Source: a virus. From it: 64,000 bases of DNA. Under the pieces are notes generated by a model, which was not told where the DNA came from, did not search any database, and was given only the letters and a program-made list of their open reading frames with translations. The stretch is from positions 1 to 64,000 of IMG/VR virus record IMGVR_UViG_3300025838_000001; one strand, 5' to 3'. Of this stretch, positions 57,029 to 64,000 are shown one piece after another. How positions within the stretch are numbered: the first letter of the stretch is position 1; every line of letters begins with the position of its first letter. The translations under genes were made by a program, and so were the position numbers.

Positions 57029-57172
57029 ATGCAAATAACCAAGCGATTTAAGACTATTAAACAGGCAGAAAAATACCAAAATAGCCTGTACAACAAATTC
57101 CCATATGTTAGGCTTATATCTTACCCTATATTTTTGGAAGAGGGTTTATATATATGGGATGTTTCCATGTAG
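57029..57172 (+). CDS. Mini-ORF (47 aa)
   Basis: ATG at 57029, TAG at 57170-57172 (MQITKRFKTIKQAEKYQNSLYNKF...). Confidence 0.3.
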   Translation: MQITKRFKTIKQAEKYQNSLYNKFPYVRLISYPIFLEEGLYIWDVSM

Positions 57173-57281
57173 GTTAACTGAAGATGACTTTAATAGTCGA
57201 AATAGGACGGTGTTTTTACCGTTCTATCTTAACCAAAAAATATGCTTCCGGATTATAAGCATATAAAACACCGGATAAGCT

Positions 57282-57680
57282 ATGAAGAGCAAGAAACAAG
57301 TTTTAGCCGATAACCCTAGTTACAAAACTTTAATTAATGCCGTGTATAATCGTATTGGCAAAGATTATATTCAGGACGTTAACAGTCACGGAATGGAAGC
57401 CGGGTTTCCTGGTTTTACCTATTATTCAGATACCCATTCATTCGCTATGCGTTACCGGTCCATTATCGTTAGGTTACTGCAAGATACGGCAGATCAACTA
57501 GGGGAGGAGGTCGTAAACCTAGTATCTGGTTTTGGCGTATTCCGTCACTCCCCTATGGACATAGAAGATAAAAAAGACCTTTATAAGTACTTAGGAGGGG
57601 GTCGGACTACTCTGGGCACAATAACAAACGTTATGGCCTGGTTTGCAGCGGAGGAGGTTTGTAGAATGTTTGTAGACTAA
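57282..57680 (+). CDS. Hypothetical protein (132 aa)
   Basis: ORF track. Confidence 0.55.
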   Translation: MKSKKQVLADNPSYKTLINAVYNRIGKDYIQDVNSHGMEAGFPGFTYYSDTHSFAMRYRSIIVRLLQDTADQLGEEVVNLVSGFGVFRHSPMDIEDKKDLYKYLGGGRTTLGTITNVMAWFAAEEVCRMFVD

Positions 57681-57703
57681 TTAACAATTTAAAAAATATA
57701 AAT

Positions 57704-57955
57704 ATGAAAAGCAATAAATACGAATACTCAAAAGTAATACAACAATATTATGGGCAAGGTTGGGAAGACGTTAGCGAATACGAAACAGATAGCCAATTCG
57801 TTAACCGGGAAAAAATCGGGGTATTTAGAACAAATAAATTTGGCCGGCAGGTAGAAATAAGTCTAATAAACCACGATTTAGCCGAATACCGTCTAACCGG
57901 GTACCCTACTCGATTAATTAATCGTAGGACGTTAAAATGTGCTATACCAGCATAA
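57704..57955 (+). CDS. Hypothetical protein (83 aa)
   Basis: ORF track. Confidence 0.5.
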   Translation: MKSNKYEYSKVIQQYYGQGWEDVSEYETDSQFVNREKIGVFRTNKFGRQVEISLINHDLAEYRLTGYPTRLINRRTLKCAIPA

Positions 57956-58027
57956 AAACACTATCCCGGCAGGATGTCCTTAGCTTAGATCGTATCTAAG
58001 GCCGGGAACTAACCAAAACCCGAAACC

Positions 58028-58282
58028 ATGAGAAAACAAACATTATCAACCTTTACGGCCTACCGTTACCGGCCCAACGTAATTAGCGCTCGCCTATGGC
58101 CTGGTTATTCCTTTGAGTCCTTTACTTCTGACTTATCGGATGAGCTGGGGGAAACTTTAACGGGAATGTGTAAACCTTATACGGACGGTTTATCGGTATT
58201 CCTTACTATTCCTTTAGGCTGTGAACGTAGGGTTATCGAGACGGTTAAATTACTTACTAGGGAACAAACATTACAGAATTAA
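58028..58282 (+). CDS. Hypothetical protein (84 aa)
   Basis: ORF track. Confidence 0.5.
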   Translation: MRKQTLSTFTAYRYRPNVISARLWPGYSFESFTSDLSDELGETLTGMCKPYTDGLSVFLTIPLGCERRVIETVKLLTREQTLQN

Positions 58283-58315
58283 ACCAAATTCACAAACCAT
58301 AAAACCTAAAACAAA

Positions 58316-58948
58316 ATGAAACCAATCCACAAAGTATGTAGCAAAGACGATTTAAGACCGGCACTCGGTTACATTCAGATCAAAAATGGCTTCGCCTGGG
58401 CTACCGACGGCCATTGTGCCGTAAAAATACCATTGGATAGCTTGTTCTATCCATCCGGGACTATCTTACCAGAAGATGAGCTATATATTTCTGGTAAACT
58501 GTGGGACCTGTGTAAGTTTTCTACGGCTAAACACATTTTAAGAGAAGGTAACACCTTTACCAGCGACAAAGGATTATCCTTAAAAGCACTTACCCTGGAA
58601 GAATTCACTCAGCAAGTAGGCCGTTTCCCGGATATACCATCCGTTATGCCTGAAGAAAACAAACTACTCACACTGGTGGACTCTATTTCTTTTAATCTGG
58701 ATATTATGAGTAGAGCGTGTGGGATTTTTGACAAATCAGCTAAACTGGCTTTTTATTTCTATGGGAGAAGTAAGGCTATAATCGTTAGGACGGTTAACGA
58801 GTCTGTCAAAGAAACTGGCTTCGCTCTGGTTATGCCACAATTCATGGACAATATGGACGTTAGCCACCCATTCCTTACCGATGACGAGCTCGAAGCTATC
58901 CAAAATCCCGTAGCCGTGACTGAACCTGAACCAGCTATGGCAGATTAA
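58316..58948 (+). CDS. DnaN-like (sliding-clamp-fold) protein, short form
   Basis: DLRPALGYIQIKNGFAWATDGHCAV resembles the beta-clamp ...ATDGHRLA region. GRFPDIPSVMP resembles the clamp F/YPDY..V.P motif, and there is a C-terminal ...ALVMPQF. Only 210 aa. Confidence 0.3.
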   Translation: MKPIHKVCSKDDLRPALGYIQIKNGFAWATDGHCAVKIPLDSLFYPSGTILPEDELYISGKLWDLCKFSTAKHILREGNTFTSDKGLSLKALTLEEFTQQVGRFPDIPSVMPEENKLLTLVDSISFNLDIMSRACGIFDKSAKLAFYFYGRSKAIIVRTVNESVKETGFALVMPQFMDNMDVSHPFLTDDELEAIQNPVAVTEPEPAMAD

Positions 58949-59036
58949 ACCACAAACCATTCCTTACCAGCCTGGTATCCTAACCGATACCGGGCTTTTT
59001 AGGTGAAAACATTATTTAACCAAAAACACAAACATT

Positions 59037-59243
59037 ATGAAACTTACACAACTTAAATCGGTAGGCTGTTTTATAGACGAAAACGGCATAACCTACCCAG
59101 AACTATCTACCGGCACTCCGGACCTTAATTTACCGGTCCATATCAATGACGTAGATATCGAATGGCTATCTTCCCTCTCCCTGGAAGATACGGAGATCGT
59201 ACACAATATTCTTAACCAACTAACAATATCATCCCATGTCTAA
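59037..59243 (+). CDS. Hypothetical protein (68 aa)
   Basis: ORF track. Confidence 0.45.
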   Translation: MKLTQLKSVGCFIDENGITYPELSTGTPDLNLPVHINDVDIEWLSSLSLEDTEIVHNILNQLTISSHV

Positions 59244-59505
59244 ACGTATAACAAACATCTGCAAAATAGCGGACGTACCAAATAACCTTCTTTTACCTGA
59301 AACTATTTCCTTTCTGGAAGCGCAGGCAGATCCTATCTACAAAGATCAAGTACTAAGTGAGCACATGTACAATCTGGATAACCTTCTCGAAGAAGTAGAC
59401 GAGGGTAGCGTAGACAAACCGAAGAAACATGTCCGGGAGGAACTTGCTGAGCTCCTGGTTGAAATGGGTAAGCGGGATTGTGCCTACATGAGAATTATTT
59501 ACTAA
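59236..59505 (+). CDS. Hypothetical acidic protein (89 aa)
   Basis: ORF track. Confidence 0.5.
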   Translation: MSKRITNICKIADVPNNLLLPETISFLEAQADPIYKDQVLSEHMYNLDNLLEEVDEGSVDKPKKHVREELAELLVEMGKRDCAYMRIIY

Positions 59506-59524
59506 CCTTTTAACAAACATTACC

Positions 59525-59881
59525 ATGCCTAAAAAGAAACGTCCTAGGACCGGGCCGCAACCGTCTTTAATCAAACCAGACCAGATGCCTGAGTTCAGAT
59601 CAGAATACCCTACGACAAACAACAAAGTCCTCTGCCTGAAGTATAACCTTACCATTGACCAACTATACAACCTGGCTAAACGTATGGGGTTACGTAAAAC
59701 AAACTGGCTGTGGACTGAGAAAGACAAACAGTACCTACGGGATAACTTCTTCTGTACCCCTAAACTGTTAACCGCTGTACAGATAGCCAAAAACCTAAGG
59801 AGACCTAAACAGGGGGTTTATGAGATGATCAGGGAATTGAAGGAACAAACATTAGCCACCATAGATGACTCAGGGGAATAA
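59525..59881 (+). CDS. Hypothetical basic protein (118 aa), HTH-like
   Basis: ORF track; TAVQIAKNLRRPKQGVYEMIREL segment. Confidence 0.5.
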   Translation: MPKKKRPRTGPQPSLIKPDQMPEFRSEYPTTNNKVLCLKYNLTIDQLYNLAKRMGLRKTNWLWTEKDKQYLRDNFFCTPKLLTAVQIAKNLRRPKQGVYEMIRELKEQTLATIDDSGE

Positions 59882-59906
59882 CCTGGGTATCATTAAAACA
59901 AATATT

Positions 59907-60041
59907 ATGAGCACATATAAAAACAAAATAGCACTTGCCCTTATTGTAATTGTACTACTTTTTAGCTGTTCGGTTAGCCGGTATTCAAATACAAACTGCC
60001 CAACGGTAAACAAAAAGTTCTTTTTACAGCAAAACAGGTAA
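59907..60041 (+). CDS. Mini-lipoprotein (44 aa)
   Basis: ATG at 59907, TAA at 60039-60041. MSTYKNKIALALIVIVLLFSCSVS has a lipobox (LFSC). Last gene before the bidirectional terminator. Confidence 0.4.
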   Translation: MSTYKNKIALALIVIVLLFSCSVSRYSNTNCPTVNKKFFLQQNR

Positions 60042-60055
60042 CACAAACAGTACAA

Positions 60056-60091
60056 CTAAAAAGCCCTACCGGATAGATAGGGCTTTTTTAT
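60056..60091. terminator. Bidirectional terminator between convergent gene clusters
   Basis: AAAAAGCCCTA-loop-TAGGGCTTTTTT, with an A-run on one side and a T-run on the other. Confidence 0.75.
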
Positions 60092-60378
60092 TACCATGAC
60101 TTCAGAGATAGCCGACACAAATAAGTCGGGAATCCAACCCATATCATTTCTAGCAATCTTATATCATTATTAACCAACAACTCAAAAGCCTCGCTGAACG
60201 GTATAGTTAACAAACCTCCGTCACAGTTTTTTTCGGTATCGTTTAAGTATATAGACCAATAACAAACCATCCCTTTCTCACCAACAGTTTCACTTAAAGT
60301 AATACTAGCAAAAATATTTTTTAAAAATAATTCAGAAGGTAGTCCGATATCCTTACCGTGTAACTTAATCAATATCAT
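60091..60378 (-). CDS. Hypothetical protein (95 aa)
   Basis: ORF track. The ATG at 60378 abuts the upstream stop and is preferred over 60426. Confidence 0.45.
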   Translation of the reverse strand: MILIKLHGKDIGLPSELFLKNIFASITLSETVGEKGMVCYWSIYLNDTEKNCDGGLLTIPFSEAFELLVNNDIRLLEMIWVGFPTYLCRLSLKSW

Positions 60379-60379
60379 C

Positions 60380-60874
60380 TTAATCGTATTTAGGTTTTCT
60401 CTTTCTAATCGGCTTAGGGGTAGCACTTCTCTTCACTACTTCCCCGGCTATCCTTCTTATTACCGTAGTTAAATCTATCAACAATAACTTACCCTCCGCT
60501 GTAATAAACCAGGTCTTTACTTTCTGGTAACTGCTGTAATCTATCAATTTTGAGCGTTTGAGCCGGTATAACATCTTACTGAACTCCATCCTAGGGTCTT
60601 CTCCGTCCCGTAGGTGGGACTCGATTCCGTTTATCGCAGCCTTAGCCTCTTTGTTCTTGAAATATGGCTGTCTTCTGGCCCATTCTAGGAAAATAACATC
60701 AGCGACAAACAACTTACGCCTACCGTTTAAGAACTTATTTACCACATCTCGGAGCTCTGCAGCCAGGTATAACATCACAAACGGATCTCTCGTACACCTC
60801 ATTATGTGGATGAACAACTTATTTCTCTTGGTTATTATCTTACGAGCCTCATTTGCCATCTCTGAATACCTCAT
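60380..60874 (-). CDS. Hypothetical basic protein (164 aa), winged-helix-like
   Basis: ORF track; basic C-terminal tail ...TPKPIRKRKPKYD. Confidence 0.5.
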   Translation of the reverse strand: MRYSEMANEARKIITKRNKLFIHIMRCTRDPFVMLYLAAELRDVVNKFLNGRRKLFVADVIFLEWARRQPYFKNKEAKAAINGIESHLRDGEDPRMEFSKMLYRLKRSKLIDYSSYQKVKTWFITAEGKLLLIDLTTVIRRIAGEVVKRSATPKPIRKRKPKYD

Positions 60875-61190
60875 CGTAGTCTACTGCCAAACCTAACTTA
60901 ATCAGTCCAAACACATCAATACGGTTCATTACGCACCAGTGTACGAGCCGGTAGCCAGTATCAGACTTCAGCCTTTGTAACACTTCCTCCTCATCGTCCT
61001 TCAGGCTATCCATACGCCTGAGTATTGGCTTAAACCATTCAAAATTCTCCTGATTAGTTTCTTCCTCTCCTAAAGACACATACACATCAACCTGATCATC
61101 TCCTAGCTCAAACCCCGTGATTGTACCTATGCCCTTATCGGTTAACACCTGGCAGCCTAGGTAGTAATGAATAACATCTTGAATTTCCAT
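60849..61190 (-). CDS. Hypothetical protein (113 aa)
   Basis: ORF track. Confidence 0.5.
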   Translation of the reverse strand: MEIQDVIHYYLGCQVLTDKGIGTITGFELGDDQVDVYVSLGEEETNQENFEWFKPILRRMDSLKDDEEEVLQRLKSDTGYRLVHWCVMNRIDVFGLIKLGLAVDYDEVFRDGK

Positions 61191-61256
61191 GAGTTTTTGT
61201 TTTATCTGTGACTAGATTGGTTATTGATTAATAGATTTAAGGAATGATTGTTTTGG

Positions 61257-61580
61257 TTATTTTAAAGGGTAGTGTTTATCGAGATATTCATTTACATAAT
61301 GTTGTGGTGTATGATCGGAAAAATGGATAGCCACCTTCTCTGCTATATCTCTTTTATCTTGTTGGGTTAAAGTTTCTTGTTTGGGTAAAATTGTAACAAA
61401 AGCTGCTTCCCATCTTGTAGATGAGATATTGTATATTAAATCGGAGATAAAATATAAATTGTCGTCATCATCCCATTTTATTTTCATTCCAATAGATGGT
61501 GTGAAATCTATATCAAAATAAAATTCAATATTATCTTCATCATTTCCTGTTTCTGCATTATAAATTGCTACTATATTCAT
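61257..61580 (-). CDS. Hypothetical protein (107 aa), AT-rich block
   Basis: ORF track. Confidence 0.5.
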   Translation of the reverse strand: MNIVAIYNAETGNDEDNIEFYFDIDFTPSIGMKIKWDDDDNLYFISDLIYNISSTRWEAAFVTILPKQETLTQQDKRDIAEKVAIHFSDHTPQHYVNEYLDKHYPLK

Positions 61581-61585
61581 ATTGT

Positions 61586-62044
61586 TTACTTTAAGTTATT
61601 AAGGAATGATTCTTTGTCGGGATGTGGGTTTTCGCTAAAATCAAATCTTAATTTACCCTCTTCTATATACCAAAAAATAGCCGCATCCCATATCTTTTCA
61701 GCCGTTTCCCTATCCATCTTAATTGCTCCCATCTTACTGGCTTTTACCAATTCTATTACGGATTCACTATAATTGCACCATACACAATCCGGGGCGGTTA
61801 GTTTTCTTAAAGTGTATATTTCACCACAAGTACAACTACCTAATATAGATTCCACTTCTTTCTTTAACTCATCATCTGTCATTGCTGGGGGATGGAATTG
61901 GGCGGCATTTTTCTTTAAAAACTCAACCATATAAACAAGTGCTGTATCGTGTGATAAAGATGCCACTCCTTCTAACTCTTTTTCAGCAAGTTCATAAAGT
62001 TTTATTTCCATCTCCTCTGCACTAAGTATTTTATTTTTTGTCAT
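61586..62044 (-). CDS. Hypothetical protein (152 aa), AT-rich block
   Basis: ORF track. Confidence 0.5.
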   Translation of the reverse strand: MTKNKILSAEEMEIKLYELAEKELEGVASLSHDTALVYMVEFLKKNAAQFHPPAMTDDELKKEVESILGSCTCGEIYTLRKLTAPDCVWCNYSESVIELVKASKMGAIKMDRETAEKIWDAAIFWYIEEGKLRFDFSENPHPDKESFLNNLK

Positions 62045-62056
62045 AGGGTGTTGGGT

Positions 62057-62242
62057 TTAAATTGATTCTTGTTTTTCATAAATGTATTTGTCAATCAACT
62101 TGCATACTTCTTTCACGCTAATTTTTTTTGTAGTAGTAATTTGAGCAACAAACACCCGTATATCCATTAAATCCGAATCAAGTTTTTTAACGTGTGCAGA
62201 ATGGATGGCATCAATTACTACTGGCTTTTTTCTGAATTTCAT
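62057..62242 (-). CDS. Hypothetical protein (61 aa)
   Basis: ORF track. Confidence 0.4.
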   Translation of the reverse strand: MKFRKKPVVIDAIHSAHVKKLDSDLMDIRVFVAQITTTKKISVKEVCKLIDKYIYEKQESI

Positions 62243-62277
62243 ACTGTTTATTTTTAATTGTTAAAAGAACTTGTTTA

Positions 62278-62655
62278 TTACTTACCCATAAAATTTTTCC
62301 AGTCTTCCAAGTTATCGTTTACAAAACTCTCTGCTTCTTCTATCGAAAACGAGCAAAGGCGGGGACTGACGACCGTGTGAGAGTAGAAGTAGTTGACGTC
62401 ATTCAGCACAAAGCCATCATTTTCTCGACCTTTGTTATATGTTTTCATATTGAAATAAGGGAACCATTTTTTCTGACTGTAATCGTTCCAGTCAAATTTT
62501 CTGCCGTTGTGAATCACTTCATTGATTGTCTCCAATCTATGTAATGAGTAATGCGCTTTGCGCTGATTTTCTGGCATAAAATCGAAATGTGCAAGGGTTA
62601 AGGGGGTAATACCCTTACTCTTACAGGCTGACTCATATGTTACTTTTTTGGACAT
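62278..62655 (-). CDS. Hypothetical protein (125 aa)
   Basis: ORF track. Confidence 0.5.
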   Translation of the reverse strand: MSKKVTYESACKSKGITPLTLAHFDFMPENQRKAHYSLHRLETINEVIHNGRKFDWNDYSQKKWFPYFNMKTYNKGRENDGFVLNDVNYFYSHTVVSPRLCSFSIEEAESFVNDNLEDWKNFMGK

Positions 62656-62690
62656 AATTATTTGATTTAATTTTTTTATTACTTACCTAT

Positions 62691-62921
62691 TTAATTATTT
62701 TCTGCCTGATAATTAGCAATTATTCTCTCCATTGTTTGGTCTAATGTTTCATAAACAAATGGGTACAATCTTGTATCCTTTATAAGTTCAAGAACATGGT
62801 CAGGCTTTGTATTTCTGAACTTCATAAAACAAATCAAGCAGATAGCAGTCCATAATAATTGACCTTCGGGGGTGCTTTTGTCTATATCTTTTAAAGTAAT
62901 ATTTGCAACTGTTTTACTCAT
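62691..62921 (-). CDS. Hypothetical protein (76 aa)
   Basis: ORF track. Confidence 0.45.
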   Translation of the reverse strand: MSKTVANITLKDIDKSTPEGQLLWTAICLICFMKFRNTKPDHVLELIKDTRLYPFVYETLDQTMERIIANYQAENN

Positions 62922-62926
62922 ACAAT

Positions 62927-63229
62927 TTATTTTTTATTAAGGAATAGGTTATATAGTTCGATTATTGTTTTATTGTATCTGCCAGTATAACCAATATATA
63001 GTGCTACATTTCTTTCTTTATCAAATCCAATAGTATTTTTTAGACACCACTCTGCAAACTCAACTGCATCTGTTTCTTTGGGGAGGGATAGTAAATGTAA
63101 AAAATGCTTTGCTTCATTTACGGATAACAAAACACCTTCTAGACGCCTCCAATTTCTATCATCAGGATTTTCAGTATTACAATAATTTATTCTTTTTTTC
63201 AATTCTTCTGTCAGTTTATCTGTATTCAT
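62927..63229 (-). CDS. Hypothetical protein (100 aa)
   Basis: ORF track. Confidence 0.5.
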   Translation of the reverse strand: MNTDKLTEELKKRINYCNTENPDDRNWRRLEGVLLSVNEAKHFLHLLSLPKETDAVEFAEWCLKNTIGFDKERNVALYIGYTGRYNKTIIELYNLFLNKK

Positions 63230-63236
63230 TGGTTAG

Positions 63237-63875
63237 TTATTTACGGGTGATTGAAAAGTGATTTAATAGTTCTTTGATAATAAACGAAGCCTCTTTTTTA
63301 TAAACAGGAGTATAATGTTCAAAAAATGCTTCAAGTAAAATATTAATATCCTCCTGTGTTTCCTCTACTGGTTGTGTTTGAAATGCGCTTCCTAATTCTT
63401 TTTTCGCCCAATGTTTTGCATAACTGGTTGAATCATCTATTGTTCTTACTGATTCTACTGATTTTGTTGCAATCTGAATTTTCATCACTTCTTCTTTTTC
63501 TTTCTGAAGTAACTTTTCTGCTGCATACTTTTCTGGCTCATGTTTAGGACATGCATTATACTCCGGAACTTGTTTATAATAGTGTCCTTCAATTTCACAG
63601 TTACAATCCAGTTCTGATTCTTTTTGAGAAATCAGTTTATTAATAAAATCTATATTTACTTCCCCTTCTACATGTTGTGTTATTGGAATAACAATAAATG
63701 GAGCAGTAGCATAAAACCTAAAATCTCTCTTTTCCTCCCATATATCACCTTCTTTTCCTGTGAAGGTTCCGATGATGGGGTATCGTATGGGTTGACTCCA
63801 TGAGCTAGACAACGGATTAATTTTCCTTTCCAAATAAGGTTCCGGTAATAGATGTAGGGTGTATTGGTTATTCAT
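63237..63875 (-). CDS. Hypothetical protein (212 aa)
   Basis: ORF track. Confidence 0.55.
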   Translation of the reverse strand: MNNQYTLHLLPEPYLERKINPLSSSWSQPIRYPIIGTFTGKEGDIWEEKRDFRFYATAPFIVIPITQHVEGEVNIDFINKLISQKESELDCNCEIEGHYYKQVPEYNACPKHEPEKYAAEKLLQKEKEEVMKIQIATKSVESVRTIDDSTSYAKHWAKKELGSAFQTQPVEETQEDINILLEAFFEHYTPVYKKEASFIIKELLNHFSITRK

Positions 63876-63886
63876 TTGATAGTAGG

Positions 63887-64000
63887 TTATTCTGTTATTG
63901 ATTTAAATTCGTGTAAATCGCATTTGCTGTAAAATTCTCGTAATGTTTCCCAAGGAGATACTTTACCTTCTTCACAATCTTTTTCAGGGTACAATTCAGT
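63887..64000 (-). CDS. Hypothetical protein, C-terminal 37 codons only (start outside window)
   Basis: Open frame from the window edge to TAA at 63887-63889 (...ELYPEKDCEEGKVSPWETLREFYSKCDLHEFKSITE). Confidence 0.4.
   Translation of the reverse strand, partial: TELYPEKDCEEGKVSPWETLREFYSKCDLHEFKSITE

Overview
The window reads as about 64 kb of a tailed dsDNA phage or prophage. No integrase, att site or host housekeeping genes are visible. Several TAnnTTTG -7-type boxes and the lack of Shine-Dalgarno sequences suggest a Bacteroidota-type host. Layout: (i) 1-9000, minus strand, replication/recombination module: DUF1064, DnaB helicase, frameshifted C5-methyltransferase-like gene, IscB, DUF4373 replication protein, SSB with DDLPF tail. 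(ii) 9150-10720: an AT-rich orphan ORF bracketed by long inverted repeats. (iii) 11500-14400, plus strand: GroES-GroEL-tandem-Cpn10 chaperonin operon, then an AT-rich orphan SPPY DNA methyltransferase. (iv) 15870-18980, plus strand: packaging genes. (v) 18974-53256, minus strand, long late module: portal-like, lysis cassette, 1616-aa fibre, very large virion proteins, ATP-grasp plus peptidase-like pair, capsid/scaffold candidates. (vi) 53300-60040 (plus) and 60090-64000 (minus): small early/accessory ORFs. Leads I rank highest: a complete IscB (OMEGA, RuvC-HNH RNA-guided nuclease) with a candidate omega-RNA overprinting its annotated 5' end; the inverted-repeat-flanked orphan cassette with candidate small RNAs; a G10 frameshift tract in the methyltransferase next to IscB; a near-perfect 987-bp tandem duplication in the fibre gene; and an ATP-grasp/M20-like pair plus a histidine-phosphatase domain inside the virion module. 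All functional calls come from motif recognition by eye. No searches or folding computations were run.
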